Source: a virus
Direction: 5' to 3' (one strand)
DNA length: 41,969 nt
Virus record (IMG/VR): IMGVR_UViG_3300021961_000005
How positions within the stretch are numbered: position 1 is the stretch's first letter; every line of letters begins with the position of its first letter. Under the pieces are notes generated by a model that was given only the letters and a program-made list of their open reading frames with translations, was not told the DNA's origin and did not search any database. The translations under genes were made by a program, and so were the position numbers. This document shows, piece by piece, positions 33,001-38,849 of the stretch.

Positions 33001-33166
33001 TGCACCTGTGATCGGGGAGGTGCAGGTGACGGCAGATGAAAACACAGGCCTACGCCATTGGGCCGCCGCGTCCAGTTTCACGCGCGAGAGCATCGTTGTC
33101 TCCCAGAATGCCACCGCTGGCGGCGACCGGGACTATGCGGTTTCCGTCAACCTGTTTGACGCATAA
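30053..33166 (+). CDS. Tail fibre / tailspike (chimeric)
   Basis: It starts with an N-terminal anchor-like domain. Next come VAGIS-type repeats and the YLGPKTTDPSTRNDSSALQEGDLYFNT and RTNLGLGTNDSPTF fibre motifs. ERMRISSAGLVGIGT and DGRDIAADGATLD follow. The C-terminal half, about 520 aa, resembles a beta-helix (NAPVIVIDVDCRLDSPVTLNNDNQVIVVN). Confidence 0.85.
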   Translation: MTITAQTSKTGPYNGNGTTTVFSYTFRVQDETQLEVTVLASDGITETTKVLNTDYTVTGVGNNSGGTVVMGTAPVTGEKLTITRNVTLDQVVDLQNRGSVNPETLEASFDKLTQIAQDQQEQLDRSLKVDLFEQADLEQLTLNVNALAAIEGDISTVAGISSDVTDVAGNAADISTVAGISADVTAVVADATDIGTVSTNIANVNTVAGISADVTAVAADATDIGTVSTNIANVNTVAGISSDVTTVATNVTDITNFSNVYLGPKTTDPSTRNDSSALQEGDLYFNTTSDVMKVYEGSVWVAAYVSLSGALLSINDLSDVSDAAASRTNLGLGTNDSPTFTSTIVTGAGGAGTVQSNIGNSTLSTGSAILYIGASRTGDGQARIDMIGDTTYAPGLRILRNSGANGSTLLQHRGTGAIAISAIELADIAFKTNNLERMRISSAGLVGIGTSSPTEMLSVAGNISVTGTVDGRDIAADGATLDSLAAPTSPPVYASAHGISSGADSATELQAAIDTNAPVIVIDVDCRLDSPVTLNNDNQVIVVNATVYQYGSGLFTVAENVHAPAIIGNGVIDGTNADAGSFAIRTGAVPNLTVDLLFQEYAAANLLLVMPTSAASTNTFGGNIRLRGAALAGGAAQFLNGIVLIGREAYHHAHTADGTTDPITAPYAWPELNNGSVVVHVQALDGSWSVLEVDTDFTLAYDGSDQPVVTPLSATTSGDIWHIWPAQPVTTGNRRPISSMKIEMIGDAIKHGILIGRWADGLKIGGLIRRVTDAATAVRFNPYNASAVRKRTGQAGDNIHFTDLITTDGTSSGTPAAAVSLGAGSYKLTGGIGFDGSGYSSLQIVPADCEFETLTGTASSSGAVVTGTGTAFLTELTLVGSNADKIVNTDGQVLSISSIDSDTQITLTATPTTTMSGATLKSKNIENVVSGQIMLSSDGDGLAYGKPYADRLWQWPPRRYVGIATVTAGLTSVTVTFPEPLARAPVIGEVQVTADENTGLRHWAAASSFTRESIVVSQNATAGGDRDYAVSVNLFDA
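30584..30788 (+). repeat. 90-bp in-frame tandem repeat (about 2.3 copies) in the tail-fibre gene
   Basis: Copies lie at 30584-30673 and 30674-30763, differing at 2 positions (gtggtggctg versus gtggcagctg). A partial third copy starts at 30764. Confidence 0.9.
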
Positions 33167-33180
33167 CGGGGGGTCTGCGA

Positions 33181-33324
33181 ATGACCGAAACCTACCTCCT
33201 CCCCGCCCGACGCCAGCTTGAGCATCAAATGGCGCTGGTGTCTGCGATCCGCGCGGCATCAAACAGGCTTGAGGCGATCTCGCCAATCCCGCTGGATTTC
33301 AAAGCGGATCAATACTGGCCCTGA
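33181..33324 (+). CDS. Possible small protein (47 aa)
   Basis: ATG follows a G-rich stretch. Translation is MTETYLLPARRQLEHQMALVSAIRAASNRLEAISPIPLDFKADQYWP. Below the ORF-track cutoff. Confidence 0.35.
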   Translation: MTETYLLPARRQLEHQMALVSAIRAASNRLEAISPIPLDFKADQYWP

Positions 33325-33343
33325 ATTTAAGAAAGGCTGAGTG

Positions 33344-33484
33344 ATGGACACCAATACAATGATCTCTGTCCTGTTTGCAGCAGTCGTCAGGTTGATTGGC
33401 TGGAACATTAAAACAACAAACGAGCTGCAAATCTCTGTGGCTCGTTTAGAATACATCCTGTTAAACGATGCTACGGCCAAGTGA
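33344..33484 (+). CDS. Possible small membrane protein (46 aa)
   Basis: Translation is MDTNTMISVLFAAVVRLIGWNIKTTNELQISVARLEYILLNDATAK. It has an N-terminal TM segment and resembles the N-terminal part of the 34034..34294 protein. It lies in a low-GC island. Confidence 0.4.
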   Translation: MDTNTMISVLFAAVVRLIGWNIKTTNELQISVARLEYILLNDATAK

Positions 33485-33518
33485 GATCGACATTGGCTAC
33501 TGAAACGGAGACGGAATA

Positions 33519-33824
33519 ATGACTATCGAATACACTTGGACCATCGTCACCACAGAATACGAGACTGCTACTGGCGGGATCACCGTCGCTCACTGGCGCG
33601 TTTCTGCCGTTGACGGCGACTACACTGCCTCGGCCTATGGCGCTGCTGGCTTCACCCCTGACGCCACTGCACCTGACTTTGTGGCATACGACAGCGTCAC
33701 AGAGGACTTTGTGCTGCACTGGGTCTGGCGAAGCGTGCACAAGGACGAGACTGAAACCAACTTGGCTGCTCAGATCGACGCGCAGAAAAACCCTACGAGT
33801 GCCTCTGGGACGCCTTGGAGTTAA
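33519..33824 (+). CDS. Hypothetical protein (101 aa)
   Basis: ORF with GGAGACGGA upstream and natural composition. Its position after the fibre gene may point to a fibre accessory or assembly role, which is speculative. Confidence 0.6.
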   Translation: MTIEYTWTIVTTEYETATGGITVAHWRVSAVDGDYTASAYGAAGFTPDATAPDFVAYDSVTEDFVLHWVWRSVHKDETETNLAAQIDAQKNPTSASGTPWS

Positions 33825-33895
33825 GCTATGGACATGATGGCGGTAGAGGTTATGGCTTGCGGCAAGGGTCCGCTAACTACTGGAACGTATGAGTG

Positions 33896-34033
33896 ATGCC
33901 CGTCCGTAAGGTCAAGGGCGGCTATCAATGGGGCAAAGGCGGTAAGGTTTACCCCACCCGGGAACAGGCGGAACGGCAAGCAAAGGCGGCGTACGCCTCG
34001 GGCTATAAAGGATCTAAGAAGGGGCCGAAATAA
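33896..34033 (+). CDS. Small basic protein (45 aa)
   Basis: Translation is MPVRKVKGGYQWGKGGKVYPTREQAERQAKAAYASGYKGSKKGPK. The GGY.WG..GK.Y motif recurs in small phage proteins (from memory). It abuts the next start codon. Confidence 0.45.
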   Translation: MPVRKVKGGYQWGKGGKVYPTREQAERQAKAAYASGYKGSKKGPK

Positions 34034-34294
34034 ATGGAAGCAGGGATGGTCTGGAACGGCATTCTCACGTTTGGCTTTGGGCTGCTGGGCTGGGTGCTGA
34101 AGAGTTATGTCGACGAGCTGAAGCGGGTGACCATCCTGTTGAACCGGACGCGCGAAGAAATGGCAAAGGAGTACGTCACCAAGGGCGAGGTACATGCCGA
34201 CATCAACCGCGTGATGAACCGCCTTGAGGCGCTGGACAGCAAGCTCGACCGCCTGCTCGAGAGCCGGGCAAACATTGGGAGGAGAGACGCATGA
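34034..34294 (+). CDS. Holin-like protein (single TM + coiled coil)
   Basis: The N-terminal TM segment is WNGILTFGFGLLGWVL. An ATGA overlap couples it to the endolysin gene. Confidence 0.45.
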   Translation: MEAGMVWNGILTFGFGLLGWVLKSYVDELKRVTILLNRTREEMAKEYVTKGEVHADINRVMNRLEALDSKLDRLLESRANIGRRDA

Positions 34295-34959
34295 CCAATC
34301 AAGCATATCAGCTGGCCCGTGCCGACGAAGGCACATGGGAATACGCTGACGGCCACAACCCGAAGATCCTGCAATACTTCGCTGACGTCGGCCAAGGCTG
34401 GGTCAAAGATGACGAGACCGCATGGTGCGCTGCTTTTGTCGGCGCGATGCTGAAGCGCGCAGGCATGCCGCACACAGGCAAGCTCAACGCCAGATCCTAT
34501 CTCGACTGGGGCGACGAGGTTGCGATCGAGGGCGCGCAGGAGGGCGACATCGTCGTGTTCTGGCGCGGCACCAAGGACGGATGGCAGGGGCATGTCGGCT
34601 TCTTCGTGCGGCGCGCAGGCGTCAGCATCGAGGTGCTGGGAGGCAACCAAGCCAATCAGGTGAACGTCAAGCGCTACCCTGTCGACCGCCTACTGGGCGT
34701 GCGCCGGGCACCCGGCACGCAGGCACCCAGCATGGTGCGCGTGGCTGACCGGCCCGCACGCGAGGCACCGACCCAATCCAAGACCATGCAGGCGAGCGCC
34801 GCGCAGGTGGTCACCGCTGTCGGCGGTGGCGCAGGCGCGATCGCCGCGCTCGACGGCACAGCACAGATCGTGGCGCTGGCGATGTGCGGCGCAATGGTAC
34901 TGCTCGCGGCATGGGTCATGCGTGAGCGGCTCCGCAAGTGGGCAAACGGGGATCGATAG
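34291..34959 (+). CDS. Endolysin, CHAP/NlpC-P60-like (TIGR02594-type) with C-terminal membrane anchor
   Basis: Candidate catalytic residues are Cys in ETAWCAAFVGAML and His in WQGHVGFF. A linker of about 60 aa leads to the TM segment IVALAMCGAMVLLAAWVM, followed by the basic tail RERLRKW. Confidence 0.78.
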   Translation: MTNQAYQLARADEGTWEYADGHNPKILQYFADVGQGWVKDDETAWCAAFVGAMLKRAGMPHTGKLNARSYLDWGDEVAIEGAQEGDIVVFWRGTKDGWQGHVGFFVRRAGVSIEVLGGNQANQVNVKRYPVDRLLGVRRAPGTQAPSMVRVADRPAREAPTQSKTMQASAAQVVTAVGGGAGAIAALDGTAQIVALAMCGAMVLLAAWVMRERLRKWANGDR

Positions 34960-35011
34960 GGGGTGATCTGATGTACGGAAAGAAGAAACCCAAAGGCGGC
35001 GGAACCAAGAA

Positions 35012-35251
35012 GTGATCCTCGGTCGCATCAAGCTTTGGCTGGCGGCGGCAGGAGCCGCCGTTATCGCCATGCTGGGCATCTACCTGCAAGGACGCAGAGA
35101 TGCTGCAGCACAGGCCCGCACAGGCGAGCTGGAGGGGTACAAGAACACACGGGAGGCAATCGACAATGCCGAGATCCATGGCGATGATCCTGCTGCTGCT
35201 CGCGACTGGCTGCAGCACTACGCAGATCAGGAGCGGCGACGCGATCTGTGA
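35012..35251 (+). CDS. i-spanin-like protein (GTG start)
   Basis: The N-terminal TM segment is IKLWLAAAGAAVIAMLGIYL, followed by a charged periplasmic part. The o-spanin frame overlaps it. Confidence 0.6.
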   Translation: MILGRIKLWLAAAGAAVIAMLGIYLQGRRDAAAQARTGELEGYKNTREAIDNAEIHGDDPAAARDWLQHYADQERRRDL

Positions 35252-35366
35252 CGGAACGAGACAGGCCCGCGCGGATCTCGCACGGGCCTTGGTGGATGAC
35301 GGTGGTGACCAGTCGGTCGTAGCTGGTCAGGTGTTGCTGTCGCAGCTGCTCGAGGCCTGCCGCTAA
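35166..35366 (+). CDS. o-spanin-like lipoprotein (overlapped with i-spanin)
   Basis: GGGAGG lies 9 nt upstream of the ATG at 35166. The signal peptide with lipobox is MPRSMAMILLLLATGC. The gene starts inside the i-spanin frame and extends past it. Confidence 0.68.
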   Translation: MPRSMAMILLLLATGCSTTQIRSGDAICDGTRQARADLARALVDDGGDQSVVAGQVLLSQLLEACR

Positions 35367-35548
35367 TCGATCAAGCCCTTGGCCTGCCACTTGTCTCGCA
35401 GGCGGTCGATCGCATTCCAGAAAGCATCGCGGTCCCTATCAGGAACATAGACAGACAGGCGCACCAGCCCGCGATCGAGCTGGCGCTGGTGGTATGACCG
35501 CTGCGCCACTGCGTGGCCGCTGGGTTGTTCGTGCTTAGGTTTCGGCAT
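35363..35548 (-). CDS. Ribbon-helix-helix / DUF3018-like (MazE-antitoxin-like) small protein
   Basis: The pattern QRSYHQRQLDRGLVRLSVYVPDRDRDAFWNAIDRL resembles R..R..L...GL.....WVPD....F of DUF3018 proteins (from memory). It is the last gene of the early arm. Confidence 0.4.
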   Translation of the reverse strand: MPKPKHEQPSGHAVAQRSYHQRQLDRGLVRLSVYVPDRDRDAFWNAIDRLRDKWQAKGLID

Positions 35549-35861
35549 TTGTGTTCTCCTTGGGTCGATCGTCCGTGCCGATCATGCGTTGTTCATAGGC
35601 CATCAGGAACGCGATGCAGCAGGCCGCATGCCACAGGTGCGACATGCCGGTCTCCGGGTCGAGATCCTCGCCGCGCCACCACGCCCACATGTGGCGCATG
35701 AGCGCCGAGAATGGGCGGTGCCACGCCATCCCCAGCTCCCAGTTGCGCTCGCTGTACTTGCGGGCCCCGAAGTCGAGCACTGCCGCCGTGCCCTCGAGGA
35801 GCTCCGGCGGCAGCAGATGCATCGGCACCTTGTGCTGGTCGTGCTTGACGCCCTCTGTCAC
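35535..35861 (-). CDS. DUF5664-like protein (dATP/dGTP pyrophosphohydrolase N-terminal-domain-like)
   Basis: KHDQHKVPMHLLPPELLEGTAAVLDFGARKYSERNWELGMAWHRPFSALMRHMWAWWRGEDLDPETG matches the KHD.GK....L.P......A.VL.FGA.KY...NW pattern of that family (from memory). Confidence 0.55.
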   Translation of the reverse strand: MTEGVKHDQHKVPMHLLPPELLEGTAAVLDFGARKYSERNWELGMAWHRPFSALMRHMWAWWRGEDLDPETGMSHLWHAACCIAFLMAYEQRMIGTDDRPKENTNAET

Positions 35862-36166
35862 AGCACGTCCTCGATGATGTTGGTGATCTCGACGTCGACC
35901 GTCAGCTCCTTGATCTGCTCGAAGGCAAGGCGCATGTCCTGCACCCGCGTCTCGAGCTCGTCGATGTGCTCCTCGTGCTCGCGCTCGCGTTCGCGCATCT
36001 CGTCGCGGTGTTCGATTGCGGCTCCGTCGGCCTCAAGCCATTTGTCGTCGAGCAAGTCGAAGACAAAGTCGAGTTCAGGATAGCGGGCGCGCAGGTTGTC
36101 GAGGTCTGGGCGGTCGCCGCCCTTGAAGTCAAGGGCGGCGATGGAAAGCTGGATGTCGAAAGGCAT
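35858..36166 (-). CDS. Hypothetical acidic coiled-coil protein (102 aa)
   Basis: GAGGAG SD. ATGA overlap with the next gene. Confidence 0.6.
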   Translation of the reverse strand: MPFDIQLSIAALDFKGGDRPDLDNLRARYPELDFVFDLLDDKWLEADGAAIEHRDEMREREREHEEHIDELETRVQDMRLAFEQIKELTVDVEITNIIEDVL

Positions 36167-36176
36167 GGTGGTCTCC

Positions 36177-36617
36177 TCAGATGTGGTTGATGCATTCGGG
36201 GCCGAAGCCCGCCTCGATGGATGCCGGGTCGGTCAGGGCCCGACCGCAGCGGGCGCAGCGACCCTCGTGCCAGAACTCTACGTCCGCTGGCATGGCCAAG
36301 GGGGCGCTGGTCTCGATCTTCGACAGCAGCCACGACAGGCCCTTGAAGGCGGGGTGGCTGGAGTTACCTTTGCGGCCCGCGATCAGCTCGCTGTGCGTGC
36401 TGCCGGTCTTCACGAAGCCAATGTACTCGTAATCCTCCTCGTTGTTCGGCCCGACCAGCAGGCTGGCAAAGAACATGTCGTCTTTGTCCTTAGCCTTGGC
36501 GACGCGGTAGGTGTACCGCTTGCCTGTTTTCTTGGACATGAGGGTAAAGCGGGCGCGCCCACCGAAGATAAACTGGTGGGCGTCGGCGGCGTCGGCGATC
36601 AGGTGCGGGTGTGTCAT
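36177..36617 (-). CDS. Hypothetical protein with C-terminal zinc-ribbon motif (DUF6011-like)
   Basis: I chose the start MTHPHL at 36617, behind the leader CACACCACAGGAGACCTTGACCATG. The C-terminus reads GRCARCGRALTDPASIEAGFGPEC. Confidence 0.65.
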   Translation of the reverse strand: MTHPHLIADAADAHQFIFGGRARFTLMSKKTGKRYTYRVAKAKDKDDMFFASLLVGPNNEEDYEYIGFVKTGSTHSELIAGRKGNSSHPAFKGLSWLLSKIETSAPLAMPADVEFWHEGRCARCGRALTDPASIEAGFGPECINHI

Positions 36618-36646
36618 GGTCAAGGTCTCCTGTGGTGTGTGCCCTA

Positions 36647-36675
36647 TAGATAAGATGCTGATCAGCATCTGTCAA
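36647..36675 (-). promoter_or_regulatory. Early/middle promoter P3 (sigma70-like)
   Basis: The minus strand reads TTGACA (36675..36670), a 17-nt spacer GATGCTGATCAGCATCT, then TATCTA (36652..36647). It lies in the 61-nt gap after the DNA polymerase stop. Confidence 0.65.
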
Positions 36676-36678
36676 GGG

Positions 36679-38799
36679 CTACACCTCCTCGTCCTCGAGC
36701 TCACCCCAGCTGGGGCCTGTGCCGCCTTCGACCAGAGCATCGGTCGGCGCTCCGGGGAAGATGTCGAGGTAGCCCCCGACCATGTCCTCTTTCATCCAGC
36801 GCAGGGCCTCCGGCGCGTCATCGATATAGGCCTCGTCGATCAAGGCGTCGTGGATGGTGGCAGCCATGCGCGTGCCCATGTGCTTGCCGCGCTGGGCTGC
36901 CTCCTCGAGCCGGGCCCGGTGCCGAATGATTGCGCGCGCCATGACGCTGAGCGCGGCGCGCTGCACAGGGTAGTTCGCGCATTTGGGCAGGGCTGGCTTC
37001 TTGCCCAGATAGATCGTTCCACCGTCGACCATCGGCAGATAGCCGTCGTTCAGCGCGTGGTTCATCATCGTGTTCCGCAGGCCGAAGGCCTTGGGGTAGC
37101 GGTCGGACCAGAAGTCGATCAGCTCCTGCGCCCGCGTGATCGAGGTGCGGAGCGTGCCAGACAGCCCCATTGCTCCTGACCCATAGATGATACCGAACGA
37201 CACGCCCTTGGCCTTCGACCGGATCTCTTTGCCCTCGGGCGTCTTCTTGTCGATCTTGTAGCCAGCCATGTACGAGCCGACCTCGCTGTGCAGATCGCCG
37301 TGCACGCAGTCATAGAGCAGCTGGTCATCCTCTGCGAGCAGCGCCAGCACCTTGAGCTCGATGCCGCTGTAGTCCAGCGACACCAGCCGCTTCTTGGGCG
37401 GTGCTAGGAACGACAGGCGCACGCTGGTGAAGTCCCCCAGCAGCTCGCGATCGCGCGGAAACTGCTGCGCGTTCGGCGAGCTCGAGCTGAACCGCCCGGT
37501 CACGGCGCGGGCGATGTTGTAGCTGGGGTGCAGCCTGCCGTCGGTGGCGCTCTGCGCCATGTTGATCAGCTTGTTGCCGAAATTCGAGAGGTATTGGTTG
37601 ATGGTCGTCAGGTCGGCGATGTTGAACAGCACCTCGGCAAGCGGCCCCCCGCCACCTGCGAGCGCTGCCATCTCCTTGCAGGTCGCGGTCTTGATCTCGA
37701 GCTGACCTGCCTTTTCGGTGCGCGGCCAGTGCGCGAGGTATTCGTCAGGCAGGATCTGGCCGAAGTAATCCGACCACTGCTTGCGCGACTGCAGGTTCTC
37801 GACCTCATCCTCGCTGACCATCTCGCGGATCTTGGCCTCGTAGATCTTCTGCTTGCTCTCCCACAGCGCGACCAGCTCCTTGTGGCGCGCCTGATCCAGC
37901 AGCAGGCCGGTCTCGCGCATCTCGTGGACCGGCACGATCAGGTCGTCCAGCATGCGCTGTGCGCCCCGTGCAGCGGGGTGCTCGTCGAGCTTGGCCTGCC
38001 AGTGCTGCCATAGCTTCCACGTCCACAGCGCGTCGTCTGCGGCGTACTGGAGCTGCTCCGGCTTGAGCTCTGCGGCTGCCCAGTTCGAGATCTGCTGGTC
38101 CTTTGGCATCTCGTACTTCAGATCCGCCTTGAGCATCAGCGCCAGCGACATCTGATCGCCGCCCATCCGGGCACGGCGGGCGTGCGCCACCTCGATGACC
38201 TTGACGTGCGGCGCGTCAGCTGCGTCGAACCACTGGTATTCGAACCCGGCGTTGAATGCGATCCATGTGCCGTCCTCGAACCACTTGGCATAGGGCGCGA
38301 ACGAGCCGCCCTCGAGCGCCCAGAAGTCGATGACCGCCCACACATCGTCGTTGCAGATCTGCGCCAGCCTGACCTCGCTTTCCTGCGGGCGCAGGCCGGT
38401 GGTCTCGAAGTCAAGCGCAGCGTGCTTGTCGCCGATCAGGTCAAGCAGATCGTTCAGCTCGTCCTCTGTCGTAATCATCTGCCACGCCGCACCACGGTAG
38501 ATCAGGCTGCGCCACTGCCCGACGCGGTCGATGTGAGTGTGGCCGGTAGTGGGGGCGACCTCACCAATCTTTTCCGTCCAGCCTCTGGCCGTCGACAGGC
38601 CACGAACCATTGCCCCCCACACGTTGTGGCTGTGCGGGTCGTGCAGGCCGTGCGCCTTACAATACGCCTTGAGCATGCCCCCCTCGAATATCTCGTTCGT
38701 CTGCAAAAACTGGCGCGCGAGGCGGAGGTATTGATCTTTCCACTCCTGCGCCGCGTTGTCCTTTACGGCCTCAATGGCCGCCTTGATGTGGTCTCGCAT
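36679..38799 (-). CDS. Family A DNA polymerase with 3-5 exonuclease domain
   Basis: Exo motifs are ALDFETTGL, FNAGFEYQW and YAADDALW. Pol motif A is SLDYSGIELKVLA, motif B is RSKAKGVSFGIIYG and motif C is ATIHDALIDE. An extra N-terminal domain of about 105 aa is present. GGGGAGGGG SD. Confidence 0.95.
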   Translation of the reverse strand: MRDHIKAAIEAVKDNAAQEWKDQYLRLARQFLQTNEIFEGGMLKAYCKAHGLHDPHSHNVWGAMVRGLSTARGWTEKIGEVAPTTGHTHIDRVGQWRSLIYRGAAWQMITTEDELNDLLDLIGDKHAALDFETTGLRPQESEVRLAQICNDDVWAVIDFWALEGGSFAPYAKWFEDGTWIAFNAGFEYQWFDAADAPHVKVIEVAHARRARMGGDQMSLALMLKADLKYEMPKDQQISNWAAAELKPEQLQYAADDALWTWKLWQHWQAKLDEHPAARGAQRMLDDLIVPVHEMRETGLLLDQARHKELVALWESKQKIYEAKIREMVSEDEVENLQSRKQWSDYFGQILPDEYLAHWPRTEKAGQLEIKTATCKEMAALAGGGGPLAEVLFNIADLTTINQYLSNFGNKLINMAQSATDGRLHPSYNIARAVTGRFSSSSPNAQQFPRDRELLGDFTSVRLSFLAPPKKRLVSLDYSGIELKVLALLAEDDQLLYDCVHGDLHSEVGSYMAGYKIDKKTPEGKEIRSKAKGVSFGIIYGSGAMGLSGTLRTSITRAQELIDFWSDRYPKAFGLRNTMMNHALNDGYLPMVDGGTIYLGKKPALPKCANYPVQRAALSVMARAIIRHRARLEEAAQRGKHMGTRMAATIHDALIDEAYIDDAPEALRWMKEDMVGGYLDIFPGAPTDALVEGGTGPSWGELEDEEV

Positions 38800-38822
38800 A
38801 CCTTACCCCTCCCCGGTGGTGT

Positions 38823-38844
38823 GGGCGGGCCCGAAGGCCCGCCC
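38823..38844 (-). promoter_or_regulatory. Intercistronic hairpin with C(UUCG)G tetraloop on the minus-strand RNA
   Basis: The plus strand reads GGGCGGGCC CGAA GGCCCGCCC, giving a 9-bp GC stem. It lies between the SSB-like gene stop (38850) and the polymerase start (38799). Confidence 0.55.
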
Positions 38845-38849
38845 CGGTG

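Noticed and set aside
34971-35015. 14-codon ORF MYGKKKPKGGGTKK before the i-spanin
   Set aside because: It is tiny and of low complexity. It may only provide coupling (GTGA) to the GTG start of the i-spanin and is not supportable as a gene.
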